From Patescibacteria group bacterium (lineage in GTDB: Bacteria > Patescibacteriota > Minisyncoccia > Phycocordibacterales > SBAW01), in assembly GCA_019752125.1 (NCBI GenBank), contig JAIEMM010000007.1:1-61654 (forward strand): 61,654 nucleotides of DNA, in the 5' to 3' direction. The translations under genes were made by a program, and so were the position numbers. This document shows, in pieces, positions 7,813-16,912 of this stretch (position 1 is its first letter; each line of letters opens with the position of its first letter). The notes beneath the pieces are model-generated. The model was not told where the DNA came from and ran no database searches. It saw nothing but the letters and a program-made list of their open reading frames with translations.

Positions 7813-10647
7813 ATGGAAAAATACAATCACAAGGAGATAGAAAAGAAGTGGCAGAAGCGATGGGAAGAATCGCAGTTGTATAAAACATCGGAAGATCCGA
7901 ACAAACCAAAAACCTATGTGCTCGACATGTTTCCGTACCCGTCAGGGGAAGGGTTGCATGTTGGCCACCCAAAAGGGTATATCGCAACTGATATTTACTC
8001 ACGTTTCAAGCGTATGCAAGGTCACAACGTACTCCACCCAATGGGATGGGATGCCTTTGGCCTGCCTGCAGAAAACTTCGCAATCAAGAACAAAATCCAT
8101 CCTCGCATTGCAGTTGAGAAAAACATCGCAACGTTCAAAGATCAATTGTCACACATTGGTTTTAACTACGACTGGTCTCGCGAGATAAATACGACTGATC
8201 CTGAATACTATAAATGGACGCAATGGATCTTCCTCCAGCTCTATAAGAAGGGCTTGGCGTATCAGTCAAATGAACCAATCAATTGGTGCCCTTCGTGTAT
8301 GACAGGTCTCGCGAATGAAGACTTGGATGGCAATGTGTGTGAACGCTGCGGCAGCGAAGTTGAAAAACGCGCGCTCCCACAGTGGGTGCTCAAAATCACT
8401 GCCTATGCAGACCGCATGCTTACCGACTTGGACGCGCTCGACTGGCCAGAACATATCAAAACCGCGCAGCGCAACTGGATAGGTAAGAGCGAAGGATCAG
8501 AGATTGAATTTGCGATCGCTGGCAGCGATAAAAAGGTAAAAGTATTTACCACCCGCGCTGACACATTATTTGGCGCAACATTTTTGGTGCTTGCTCCTGA
8601 ACACCCCCTACTTCGCCAAGGCTTCGCAGGGCAAGCTCTCGAAAATCAAAAAGAAGTTGATGAATATATTGCCAAAGCTGCTGCAAAAACAGAAATTGAA
8701 CGTACGAATGTTGAGAAAGAAAAGACTGGCGTAGAACTTAAGGGTGTTAAGGCAATCAATCCCGTAAACAATACAGAAATCCCAATATATGTTGCCGATT
8801 ATGTGTTAACTGGATACGGCACCGGCGCCATTATGGCCGTACCTGCTCACGACGACCGCGACGCTGCATTTGCAAAAAAGTTTGGAATCGAAATACGTGA
8901 CGTTATCTCACAAAAGTTTGATCTTGAAGGAATGCATGCTGAGCGCCCGGATGTCGAAACAATCACTCGTATAGTAGTCGATCCTATCCTTAGAGATAAA
9001 GATAATAATTTTTATCTTATAAAAGAGGGGTCGGAACACGTTCATTTTGCGGGTGGTGGTGTCGAAGAAGGAGAAACTGATGAAGAAGCCCTTGCTCGAG
9101 AAATCACAGAAGAAACAGGATTCACTGATTTTACAATTGGTAGAAAAATACTCCCAAATTCATCTGTTTGGGGTTATCGACATACAAAAAATAAAAACCA
9201 ACGTTCTGTAGGTTACGCGTACGAAGTCGTACTACATTCGGACACTAGGGTACATTCGGAAGTCGAGGATGGAAAACATGAGCTCGTAAAAGTCTCAAAA
9301 GATAAAGTGCTGGAGACTATTACGTGGCCGCATCATAGGTATTTGTTCGAGCAATACTTGGATGAGAAATTCTTTACTGATGATGGAATTCTTATAAATT
9401 CTGGTAATTTTGACGGCCTAACTTCGAAAGAGGCAAGAGTAAAAATTACAGAAGCTGTTGGAGGCAAGATGACTTCAACGTACAAGATTAAAGATTGGGT
9501 ATTTAGCCGTCAGCGATATTGGGGAGAACCTATTCCGATCATTCATTGTCCTAAGGATGGTGCAGTAGCTGTTCCAGATGACCAGCTTCCCGTAACACTT
9601 CCAGAAGTAGAGTCGTATGAACCATCTGGAACGGGCGAGTCTCCACTCGTAAATATTACTGAGTGGGTTAATACGACCTGCCCAACGTGCGGCGGCCCTG
9701 CAAAACGCGAAACAAACACCATGCCTCAGTGGGCAGGTTCTTCGTGGTACTACCTTCGCTTCATGGATCCGAATAACAGCAAGGCGCTTGTTGCACAAGA
9801 CAAAGAGAAATACTGGGCACCTGTGGATGTATACGTCGGCGGCGACCACGCAGTGCGTCATCTTATTTACGCGCGCTTCTGGCACAAGTTCCTCTACGAC
9901 ATCGGCTCAGTTTCTACTATCGAACCATTCGCACGTCTTGAATTCCTCGGATTTATCTTGGCAGAAGACGGTCGCAAGATGAGTAAACGCTACGGCAACG
10001 TCATCGACCCAACTGATGTAGTTGCAACGTATGGTGCAGATGCATTTCGTACCTACGAAATGTTTATGGGGCCGTTTGAAAATACCGTTGCGTGGAGCAC
10101 TTCTTCTATCACCGGCACTGCGCGCTTTATTGAACGTGTATATAAAATTGAACCAGGTTCTACAGAGGTAAAATCTCTCAACCCAATTCTTCATCAAACT
10201 ATCAAGAAAGTTACGGAAGATATTGAAGCATTCAAATTTAATACAGCCATCAGTCAAATGATGATACTTCTGAATGCTATTGAGAAAGAGGCATCTGTAG
10301 GTAAAGAACAATGGGAAAATTTCTTGAGAATACTTGCGCCATTCGCTCCTCATGTAACTGATGAACTCTGGGAAAAACTTGGTCACACAGAATCAATTCA
10401 TCTTTCGACCTGGCCAGTATATGATCCTGCAAAAACAGTTGCCGATACTGTAACGGTCGCAATTCAGGTAAATGGGGTCACAAGGGGATCTATAGATTTA
10501 CCAAAGAATGTTCTTCAGCAAGACGCACTTCTGGAAGCAAAGAAAGTTGTTGAAAAATGGCTTACACAGGAGGTAATTCGAGAAATATACGTACCTGGTA
10601 GGATAATTAACTTTGTTATGGTGTCTCCCCACACCACGGCTTTGTAG
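7813..10647 (+). CDS. leuS: Leucine--tRNA ligase with inserted NUDIX domain
   Basis: MFPYPSGEGLHVGH (HIGH), FTTRADTLFG, GTGAIMAVPAHDDRD editing motif, KMSKR. Confidence 0.98.
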   Translation: MEKYNHKEIEKKWQKRWEESQLYKTSEDPNKPKTYVLDMFPYPSGEGLHVGHPKGYIATDIYSRFKRMQGHNVLHPMGWDAFGLPAENFAIKNKIHPRIAVEKNIATFKDQLSHIGFNYDWSREINTTDPEYYKWTQWIFLQLYKKGLAYQSNEPINWCPSCMTGLANEDLDGNVCERCGSEVEKRALPQWVLKITAYADRMLTDLDALDWPEHIKTAQRNWIGKSEGSEIEFAIAGSDKKVKVFTTRADTLFGATFLVLAPEHPLLRQGFAGQALENQKEVDEYIAKAAAKTEIERTNVEKEKTGVELKGVKAINPVNNTEIPIYVADYVLTGYGTGAIMAVPAHDDRDAAFAKKFGIEIRDVISQKFDLEGMHAERPDVETITRIVVDPILRDKDNNFYLIKEGSEHVHFAGGGVEEGETDEEALAREITEETGFTDFTIGRKILPNSSVWGYRHTKNKNQRSVGYAYEVVLHSDTRVHSEVEDGKHELVKVSKDKVLETITWPHHRYLFEQYLDEKFFTDDGILINSGNFDGLTSKEARVKITEAVGGKMTSTYKIKDWVFSRQRYWGEPIPIIHCPKDGAVAVPDDQLPVTLPEVESYEPSGTGESPLVNITEWVNTTCPTCGGPAKRETNTMPQWAGSSWYYLRFMDPNNSKALVAQDKEKYWAPVDVYVGGDHAVRHLIYARFWHKFLYDIGSVSTIEPFARLEFLGFILAEDGRKMSKRYGNVIDPTDVVATYGADAFRTYEMFMGPFENTVAWSTSSITGTARFIERVYKIEPGSTEVKSLNPILHQTIKKVTEDIEAFKFNTAISQMMILLNAIEKEASVGKEQWENFLRILAPFAPHVTDELWEKLGHTESIHLSTWPVYDPAKTVADTVTVAIQVNGVTRGSIDLPKNVLQQDALLEAKKVVEKWLTQEVIREIYVPGRIINFVMVSPHTTAL
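8606..8635. repeat. 30-nt palindromic element in frame in leuS (LRQGFAGQA)
   Basis: 20/30 nt identical to 24597-24626, with compensatory stem changes. Confidence 0.7.
8915..9370 (+). other. NUDIX hydrolase domain inserted in LeuRS (boundaries approximate)
   Basis: Exact Nudix box G-x5-E-x7-REITEETGF at 9055-9123, between IRDVIS and the LeuRS FTDDGILINSG segment. Confidence 0.9.
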
Positions 10648-10662
10648 TAAAAATAGGGGAAT

Positions 10663-10691
10663 TTGACCAATAGGATAGGGTGTGATATATT
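10663..10691 (+). promoter_or_regulatory. sigma70-type promoter
   Basis: TTGACC-17 nt-TATATT with TG extension. Confidence 0.75.
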
Positions 10692-10708
10692 AGAACACAC
10701 GTAAATAT

Positions 10709-11764
10709 ATGCCGACAGTAAGCCAAAAAACAGCCGACAAGACAGGCTTTAAGCCAAAAGCTATCGCTAAAAAGCTCCTCAGCTCTCTCCCAGAGCGTTC
10801 TCGTGTTGTGCTCGAGCAGCGCTTTGGTTTGGGCGCAAATCCTGAACGCGTTACGCTTGAAGCTATTGGCCAGAAGTATGGCATTACCCGTGAGCGCGTG
10901 CGCCAGATTGAAAACCACGCTCTTGCTGCTCTTAAAAAATCTCCAGCTTTTATTGAAGCAGGTGCTGCGTTTCAGGAACTTGAACGCATCATCGATTCTC
11001 TTGGTGGTATTGTCTGTGAAGACGATCTTTTGAACTTCATCACGAAGGATGCCTCGATGCAGAATCATATCTACTTCTTGCTCGTACTTGGCGACCCATT
11101 TAAATTCCGCAAAGAAGACAATGAAGTAAATCGTTGCTGGTATGTTGACCCAGATCTTGCAAAACAGGTTGAGTCGTCACTCAGAACGCTGTACGCAGGT
11201 CTTTCGGACGAAGATCTTATCCCAGAAGGTGAAATGATTGATCGTTTCTTGAAAGAACTCCAGACTATCAACGACAAGCATCGCAACGATGAGATTTTGA
11301 AGCGCTGGTTGGCTATCTCGAAGAATATTGGCAAGAATCCGCTTGGCGAATGGGGTCACTCAGCATCTCCAAATGTTAAAACTAAAGGCGTTCGTGACTA
11401 CGCATATCTCGCAGTAAAGAAACACGGATCCCCACTACACTTCCGCGAAGTCGCTCAGCTTATTGAGAAAACGTTTGGTCGCGCAGCTCACGTTGCAACA
11501 ACCCACAACGAACTTATTAAAGACGACCGTTTCGTTCTTGTTGGCCGCGGTATGTATGCGCTTAAGGAATGGGGATACACATCGGGCGTTGTACGCGACG
11601 TTGTACGCGAAATTCTTCGCTCAAACGGACCTCTCACAAAAGATGAAATTATCGAAAAGGTGATGAAGGAGCGCCATGTTAAACCAGGCACCATCGTTGT
11701 AAACCTCCAGAATCAGAAATACTTCAAGCGAGGCAAAGACGGACGATTTTCTCTAGTTAAATAG
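10709..11764 (+). CDS. DNA-binding protein: sigma70 region-4-like HTH plus C-terminal winged HTH(s) (HARE-HTH / RNAP delta-like)
   Basis: RFGL...TLEAIGQKYGITRERVRQIE; PLHFREVAQLI...HNELIKDDRFVLVGRGMYALKEWG. Confidence 0.75.
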   Translation: MPTVSQKTADKTGFKPKAIAKKLLSSLPERSRVVLEQRFGLGANPERVTLEAIGQKYGITRERVRQIENHALAALKKSPAFIEAGAAFQELERIIDSLGGIVCEDDLLNFITKDASMQNHIYFLLVLGDPFKFRKEDNEVNRCWYVDPDLAKQVESSLRTLYAGLSDEDLIPEGEMIDRFLKELQTINDKHRNDEILKRWLAISKNIGKNPLGEWGHSASPNVKTKGVRDYAYLAVKKHGSPLHFREVAQLIEKTFGRAAHVATTHNELIKDDRFVLVGRGMYALKEWGYTSGVVRDVVREILRSNGPLTKDEIIEKVMKERHVKPGTIVVNLQNQKYFKRGKDGRFSLVK

Positions 11765-11772
11765 CTCCCGCA

Positions 11773-11800
11773 AAAAACTCCCGAAGTAAGGGAGTTTTTT
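11773..11800. terminator. Bidirectional intrinsic terminator
   Basis: AAAAACTCCC-GAAGTAA-GGGAGTTTTT between convergent genes. Confidence 0.85.
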
Positions 11801-11807
11801 GTTTCGA

Positions 11808-12185
11808 CTAGTGCCCGCCACCACCACCTGTAAACAGCTGTTTTTTTATAAAGATAAAAACCCAAAGAAGTATGCCGACTCCGGCAAACCAGTATCCAAG
11901 GGTTGTTTGGGTGCCGTCGTTAAATCCAAACCACGACGCCATCGTACGGACGATCTCCCATACATAAAAGAGTGCAAAAAGCATAAGGACGCCATGCACT
12001 TGGCGCGTAAGGGCATGCTCTAAGTGTTCTTCGTGTGCGTCCATTTTAAAAATGTTACCGACACTTCCCAGCCATCCGCGCAGAAAAAGAAGAAACGCAA
12101 GAGCTGCTAGAAAAGCAAATAACGCTTCAACGTAATGAAATGGGGTAGCGAGTACTTTATCCCAAAAATCAGCAAACCAGATCAT
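11808..12185 (-). CDS. Hypothetical membrane protein (3 TM)
   Basis: Three hydrophobic segments; divergent from 12210 with overlapping -10 boxes. Confidence 0.7.
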   Translation of the reverse strand: MIWFADFWDKVLATPFHYVEALFAFLAALAFLLFLRGWLGSVGNIFKMDAHEEHLEHALTRQVHGVLMLFALFYVWEIVRTMASWFGFNDGTQTTLGYWFAGVGILLWVFIFIKKQLFTGGGGGH

Positions 12186-12209
12186 AGGCTTTGCGGTATA
12201 CTATAGCAT

Positions 12210-13577
12210 ATGATCCTGCATCACGAGGCAGAGAAGGTCCGGGAATTTATGGACGCATGGCATCTCGAAGAGAGTGTCTTTATGCCGATCGCCCTCCTCT
12301 TACTCATTTGGTATGCGGCAGTGTATGATCCGGCAACTATTCCAGCAACACTCGCTATGGTGGTCGCGCTTTCTCCTATATGGCTTCCACTTTTTTTAGG
12401 GATCAGCCTGTATGTCACTTGGATACACTACGTGCGCTATAAATTTTGGTTCTCACGAGAAAAAGGGTTGCTCGAGATACAGCTGCCAGCCGAAGTAACA
12501 AAGTCACCGGCCGCAATGGAGGTGTTCCTTGACTCTATATGGACAACAGGAGGTGAAACAACATTTCTCGACCGTGTTTTGAGAGGAGGTTATAAATCAA
12601 CGTGGTCGCTTGAAATTGCATCGAACGAAGGCCGTATAAGTTTTTATCTCCATGGGCTTAAGGCATGGCATCCAGCAATTGAAGCTCGTCTGTACGGGCA
12701 GTTTCCTGAAGCTCGAGTAATTGCTGTGGACGATTACGTCAGTAAAATACCTTTTAACTTAGACGAATACGAAATTTGGGGCGCAGAATACATGAAGAAG
12801 GATCCGCAAGCTTCTCCCATAAGAACCTACGTGGACTTTGAGCTTGATAAGAACACTGATACGCCAGAAACGAAAGTCGACCCACTGACTAATATTTTGG
12901 AATTAATGAACAATGTGGGCAAAGACCAGTATTTGTGGTATCAGCTGATTCTTAAGGCACACAACACGTTTGAATGGTATGGCTTCCCAGAAAAAGAAAG
13001 TCAGTATGTCGAAAAAGGTAAAAAACACATAGCAAAAATTATGGAAGGAGCAGCTACTCGAAGCAAAGGAGTGCAAGCGGCCGTAAAAGAAGAGGGTACA
13101 AACACTGCTTCTCCAACAATGTCATTAACAGAAGGTGAGCGCGATATTGTGAAAGGTATTGAGCATTCGCTTACTAAAAACCCATTTGAAGTTGGTATAC
13201 GCGTACTCTACATAGCAAAGAAAGATAAATTTCACGGTATTTGGGGCGCGTACCTCTTCCGCATGTTTCAAGTATTTAAATCAGCTGGAAACGGCATTGG
13301 TGGTAAGGGTGGGCGCGGAATGGTCCGGTTTGACTATCCATGGGAAGACTTTATGGGTATTCGCGAGAAAGTTGTAAAAAACTTACTCTTCTTCCACTAT
13401 AAGTATCGAGCGTATTTTGGTGTGCCGTATGACCAAGTGCCTTCGATTATGACCACAGAAGAAGTCGCAACGCTCTGGCACTTCCCGTACTCAAACGTTC
13501 AAACGCCTGGCCTTAACCGTGTGCCATCGAGAACTTCGCAGGCGCCTACAAACTTACCGACTCTGCCAGGTCAATAA
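12210..13577 (+). CDS. CPR conserved membrane-anchored protein resembling the N-terminal region of CPR VirD4/TraD-associated proteins
   Basis: 2 N-terminal TM; LLEIQLP, WSLEIAS, PIRTY, DPLTNILE, EEVATLWHFP motifs recalled from this family; no Walker A. Confidence 0.55.
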   Translation: MILHHEAEKVREFMDAWHLEESVFMPIALLLLIWYAAVYDPATIPATLAMVVALSPIWLPLFLGISLYVTWIHYVRYKFWFSREKGLLEIQLPAEVTKSPAAMEVFLDSIWTTGGETTFLDRVLRGGYKSTWSLEIASNEGRISFYLHGLKAWHPAIEARLYGQFPEARVIAVDDYVSKIPFNLDEYEIWGAEYMKKDPQASPIRTYVDFELDKNTDTPETKVDPLTNILELMNNVGKDQYLWYQLILKAHNTFEWYGFPEKESQYVEKGKKHIAKIMEGAATRSKGVQAAVKEEGTNTASPTMSLTEGERDIVKGIEHSLTKNPFEVGIRVLYIAKKDKFHGIWGAYLFRMFQVFKSAGNGIGGKGGRGMVRFDYPWEDFMGIREKVVKNLLFFHYKYRAYFGVPYDQVPSIMTTEEVATLWHFPYSNVQTPGLNRVPSRTSQAPTNLPTLPGQ

Positions 13578-13578
13578 T

Positions 13579-14529
13579 ATGGGATTCTATGTACGAGCCG
13601 CATTGATAGGCGGCATTATTTTCAGTTTTCTCGTGTATCTTTTTCTATTCTCTGCGCCGCGCTCTTTCCCGCAGCAACTTCTTCTCCCAGTTCACAGTGG
13701 GGAAACGGGGTATGAAATTGCATCTGCGTTGAAAGCTAGTGATGCGATACGTTCGCAGCTTGTATTTCGCGCACTGCTAAGACTTTCTGGCTCAAGTAGC
13801 CATGTTATTGCCGGCACATATTATTTTCCACATCCGCAAAACGTTTTTACTATTGTGTGGCGTCTGCAAACTGCAAACTTTGGTGTAGAGCCTATTAAAG
13901 TAACCATACCAGAAGGTAATGACGTGGCACGTATGAGCGCCATACTTGAGCAAGCGCTGCCAACTTTCGACTCGGGCACATTTTTGACCATCGCAAAACC
14001 ACAGGAAGGCTATCTTTTCCCAGACACGTACTTCCTCTATCCTGGTCAAAGTATGTCAGACATAGTCAAAGCTATGCGAGATAATTTTACGGCGCACATA
14101 CAGGATACGGTTGTACAGCAAACGCTTACCGCCTCAGGAAGATCTCAAACTGACCTTGTCATAATGGCATCGCTTCTTGAAAAAGAAGCGCCAGATACGG
14201 CGAACCGTCAGATTATCTCCGGGATTTTATGGAAGCGCCTTAGCCTCGGAATGCCGCTACAAGTAGATGCAGTATTTCCTTTTATTACTGGCAAACCAAT
14301 TGATGCTATTTTGCAGAGTGACTACAAAATCGATTCTCCGTACAATACCTATCTATACAAAGGGCTGCCTCGAGGGCCCATAACAAACCCAGGGTTAGAT
14401 GCCATTATTGCGGCCGCAACACCAACCACAACGCCGTATCTCTACTACCTGTCAGACAAGAAGGGGGTATTTCATTACAGCAAAACTTTTAACGAACAAC
14501 TCGCCAACCAAAGAAAATATTTGAAGTAA
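13579..14529 (+). CDS. mltG: Endolytic transglycosylase MltG
   Basis: EGYLFPDTY, MASLLEKE, GMPLQVDA, SPYNTYLYKGLPRGPITNPG. Confidence 0.95.
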   Translation: MGFYVRAALIGGIIFSFLVYLFLFSAPRSFPQQLLLPVHSGETGYEIASALKASDAIRSQLVFRALLRLSGSSSHVIAGTYYFPHPQNVFTIVWRLQTANFGVEPIKVTIPEGNDVARMSAILEQALPTFDSGTFLTIAKPQEGYLFPDTYFLYPGQSMSDIVKAMRDNFTAHIQDTVVQQTLTASGRSQTDLVIMASLLEKEAPDTANRQIISGILWKRLSLGMPLQVDAVFPFITGKPIDAILQSDYKIDSPYNTYLYKGLPRGPITNPGLDAIIAAATPTTTPYLYYLSDKKGVFHYSKTFNEQLANQRKYLK

Positions 14530-14555
14530 TCTAAATAAATGGTACTGTCCGTAGT

Positions 14556-15617
14556 ATGTTTGGGAAGAATAAGGGAAAAGTATTTGTAGGCCTCTCGGGG
14601 GGTGTAGATTCCGCTGTTTCTGCGGCTCTTTTGCAGTCGCAAGGATACGACGTAACAGGCGTATTTATTAGGATTGCCTTGCCCGGATACCCATGTTCAG
14701 CGGGAGCTGATCGTATTGATGCAATGCGCGTTGCTACCCACCTTCAGATTCCATTTTTGGAAATCGACCTATCTGAGTCATACGCAAAAGAAGTGTTCGC
14801 CTCATCCCTTAGTGGATTTAAAAAGGGGAGGACGCCTAACCCAGACACTCTCTGCAACCGTGAAATAAAATTCGGTGCATTTTTTAATTTCGCAATGGAG
14901 CAAGGTGCAGATTTTGTTGCCACAGGACATTATGCGCAGACAAAAGACGGGTTGCTCTATGCAGGAAAAGACCCCTCAAAAGATCAAAGCTATTTTCTGT
15001 GGATGGTGAAGAAGGAAATACTTGAGAAAACTATATTTCCTGTTGGTAATTTGGAGAAAACAGAGGTGCGTGCACTCGCGGAGAAATTCAAACTTCCAAA
15101 TGCTCGCCGCAAAGACAGTCAGGGATTGTGCTTCTTGGGAGAGGTTTCTATAGAAGATATGCTCCATAAAGAATTGAGTCCTGTGCCCGGCGATGTCCTT
15201 TCGGAAACTGGGGAAGTGATTGGCCGTCATGAGGGCACGCCTCTCTATACGCTTGGGCAAAGACATGGTTTTACACTTTCCTCACAGACACCCGACACAA
15301 AAGCCCACTTTGTTATTGAAAAAGATATTGAATTCAACACCATTACTGTCTCAACAGAGCGGTTCCCTCATGGTGTAACAAAAACAGACGTTACGCTTAT
15401 AGAAACTAATTGGATAGGGGAATTACAGGCGAGGTCGGACCTTGCCGCCCAATACCGTTACCACCAAACGCTTATCCCAGTGGAGATTGTAGGGGAAACA
15501 CACGTAGTACTTGGGCAACCTCACTACATGCCGCTAGGTCAATCACTCGTTTTATATACAAAAGAAGGCAGATGTCTTGGTGGAGGTATTGTTGACAAGT
15601 CAGATCTCACTGCATAG
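14556..15617 (+). CDS. mnmA: tRNA 2-thiouridine synthase MnmA
   Basis: SGGVDS, TPNPDTLCNREIKF, ATGHYA, KDSQGLCF. Confidence 0.97.
   Translation: MFGKNKGKVFVGLSGGVDSAVSAALLQSQGYDVTGVFIRIALPGYPCSAGADRIDAMRVATHLQIPFLEIDLSESYAKEVFASSLSGFKKGRTPNPDTLCNREIKFGAFFNFAMEQGADFVATGHYAQTKDGLLYAGKDPSKDQSYFLWMVKKEILEKTIFPVGNLEKTEVRALAEKFKLPNARRKDSQGLCFLGEVSIEDMLHKELSPVPGDVLSETGEVIGRHEGTPLYTLGQRHGFTLSSQTPDTKAHFVIEKDIEFNTITVSTERFPHGVTKTDVTLIETNWIGELQARSDLAAQYRYHQTLIPVEIVGETHVVLGQPHYMPLGQSLVLYTKEGRCLGGGIVDKSDLTA
15429..15445. repeat. Short palindrome within mnmA CDS (ARSDLA)
   Basis: GCGAGGT-CGG-ACCTTGC; 15/17 match to reverse complement of 2376-2392. Confidence 0.6.
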
Positions 15618-15637
15618 CTGAAGGCTATACTTAGCCT

Positions 15638-16045
15638 GTGAGACAAAGAAAGGCGGCTCTCTTAATACTTGTACTTCTCGCCATCCTTGTTCTTGGGGCG
15701 TGGGGTCTTTTAACATTGCAAACTAAACAACAGGCCCCTACCACAGTTACGATTGATCTTCCGTTAATACTCCACCATTCAGTGCGGGATGGCGTTCATT
15801 CGTATAGCGGAACTATCTCACTACCCAATGCATGTAACACTCTTTCAAATGGGATATCGACAAAGGGCGTAGATCCTTCCCACCTCACCATCCAACTATC
15901 TGAAGGGAGCGTACCGTGTCCGAGCGCAGTAAAAACAGCAGTCGAGTTTCTTGTTTCGTTCACGGATGGCAGGACAGCACCTGTTGTTGACGCCGTGACC
16001 TTCAACGGAATGGAAGTACCTTTTACCCTTACGGAAAACCAGTAG
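15638..16045 (+). CDS. Hypothetical exported / membrane-anchored protein
   Basis: N-terminal TM, beta-rich domain with two Cys; TATACT 6 nt before GTG. Confidence 0.7.
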   Translation: MRQRKAALLILVLLAILVLGAWGLLTLQTKQQAPTTVTIDLPLILHHSVRDGVHSYSGTISLPNACNTLSNGISTKGVDPSHLTIQLSEGSVPCPSAVKTAVEFLVSFTDGRTAPVVDAVTFNGMEVPFTLTENQ

Positions 16046-16046
16046 T

Positions 16047-16880
16047 ATGCCGATAAAAGTTGCAAAAGCAGATGGCACGACTGAAAATTTTGACTCACTC
16101 AAACTTCGTTCATCTCTCCACAAAGCAGGAGCTAGCGAGGAGATCACTGTCCGTATCGTAGATGAAATATCCAAAGGGTTATACGATGGTATCCCAACAG
16201 AAGAGATATATAGACGTGCATTTGCGTTACTGCGCGGACATCGCCGAGACACAGCCTCACATTATTCGTTGAAACGTGCGATTCTTGAATTTGGACCATC
16301 TGGTTTTCCATTTGAAACGTACCTTGCTGCGTTATTTAAGGCAGAAGGATATACCGATGTAAAAACCGGCCAGATTATACAAGGCGGCTGTGTCGAGCAT
16401 GAGGTGGATGTCAGTATGAAAAAAGACGCCAAGAAATTTTTTGTCGAAGCAAAATTTCATAACAGCCCAGCTATAAAAAGTGATCTAAAAGTGTCTCTGT
16501 ATGTAAAAGCTCGGATCGATGATTTGAAAGCAGTGATGGGTGGAGAAACTATTATGGGAATGATAGTGACGAATACAAAGTTCACCACGAAGGCAATACA
16601 GTACGCGACCTGTGAGGGGCTAGAGCTTATGAGCTGGGGATATCCTCGTGGCCACAATCTCCATACTCGTATCGAGGCAGCAAAACTTTACCCTGTAACG
16701 GCACTTACCAGCCTTTCAAAAACTCAAAAAACAGCCTTGTTAACACAGAAAATAGTCCTCTGCAGCGAATTGAAGGACCGTACAGACGCTTTGTTGGCGG
16801 CTGGAATGGCCGCTAAAAAGATAGAGCAGGTGTTACATGAAGCCGCCCTATTGTGCGCTTCGGGGAAAGAGCTATCATAG
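16047..16880 (+). CDS. ATP-cone domain plus Mrr-like PD-(D/E)XK restriction endonuclease domain protein
   Basis: IKVAKADGTTENFDSLKLRSSL..AGA (ATP cone); EHEVDV...VEAKFH and IVTNTKFTTKAIQYA (Mrr_cat-like). Confidence 0.8.
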   Translation: MPIKVAKADGTTENFDSLKLRSSLHKAGASEEITVRIVDEISKGLYDGIPTEEIYRRAFALLRGHRRDTASHYSLKRAILEFGPSGFPFETYLAALFKAEGYTDVKTGQIIQGGCVEHEVDVSMKKDAKKFFVEAKFHNSPAIKSDLKVSLYVKARIDDLKAVMGGETIMGMIVTNTKFTTKAIQYATCEGLELMSWGYPRGHNLHTRIEAAKLYPVTALTSLSKTQKTALLTQKIVLCSELKDRTDALLAAGMAAKKIEQVLHEAALLCASGKELS

Positions 16881-16912
16881 AGCTATACTTTTTAATCAAT
16901 AAATAGCGGCGT

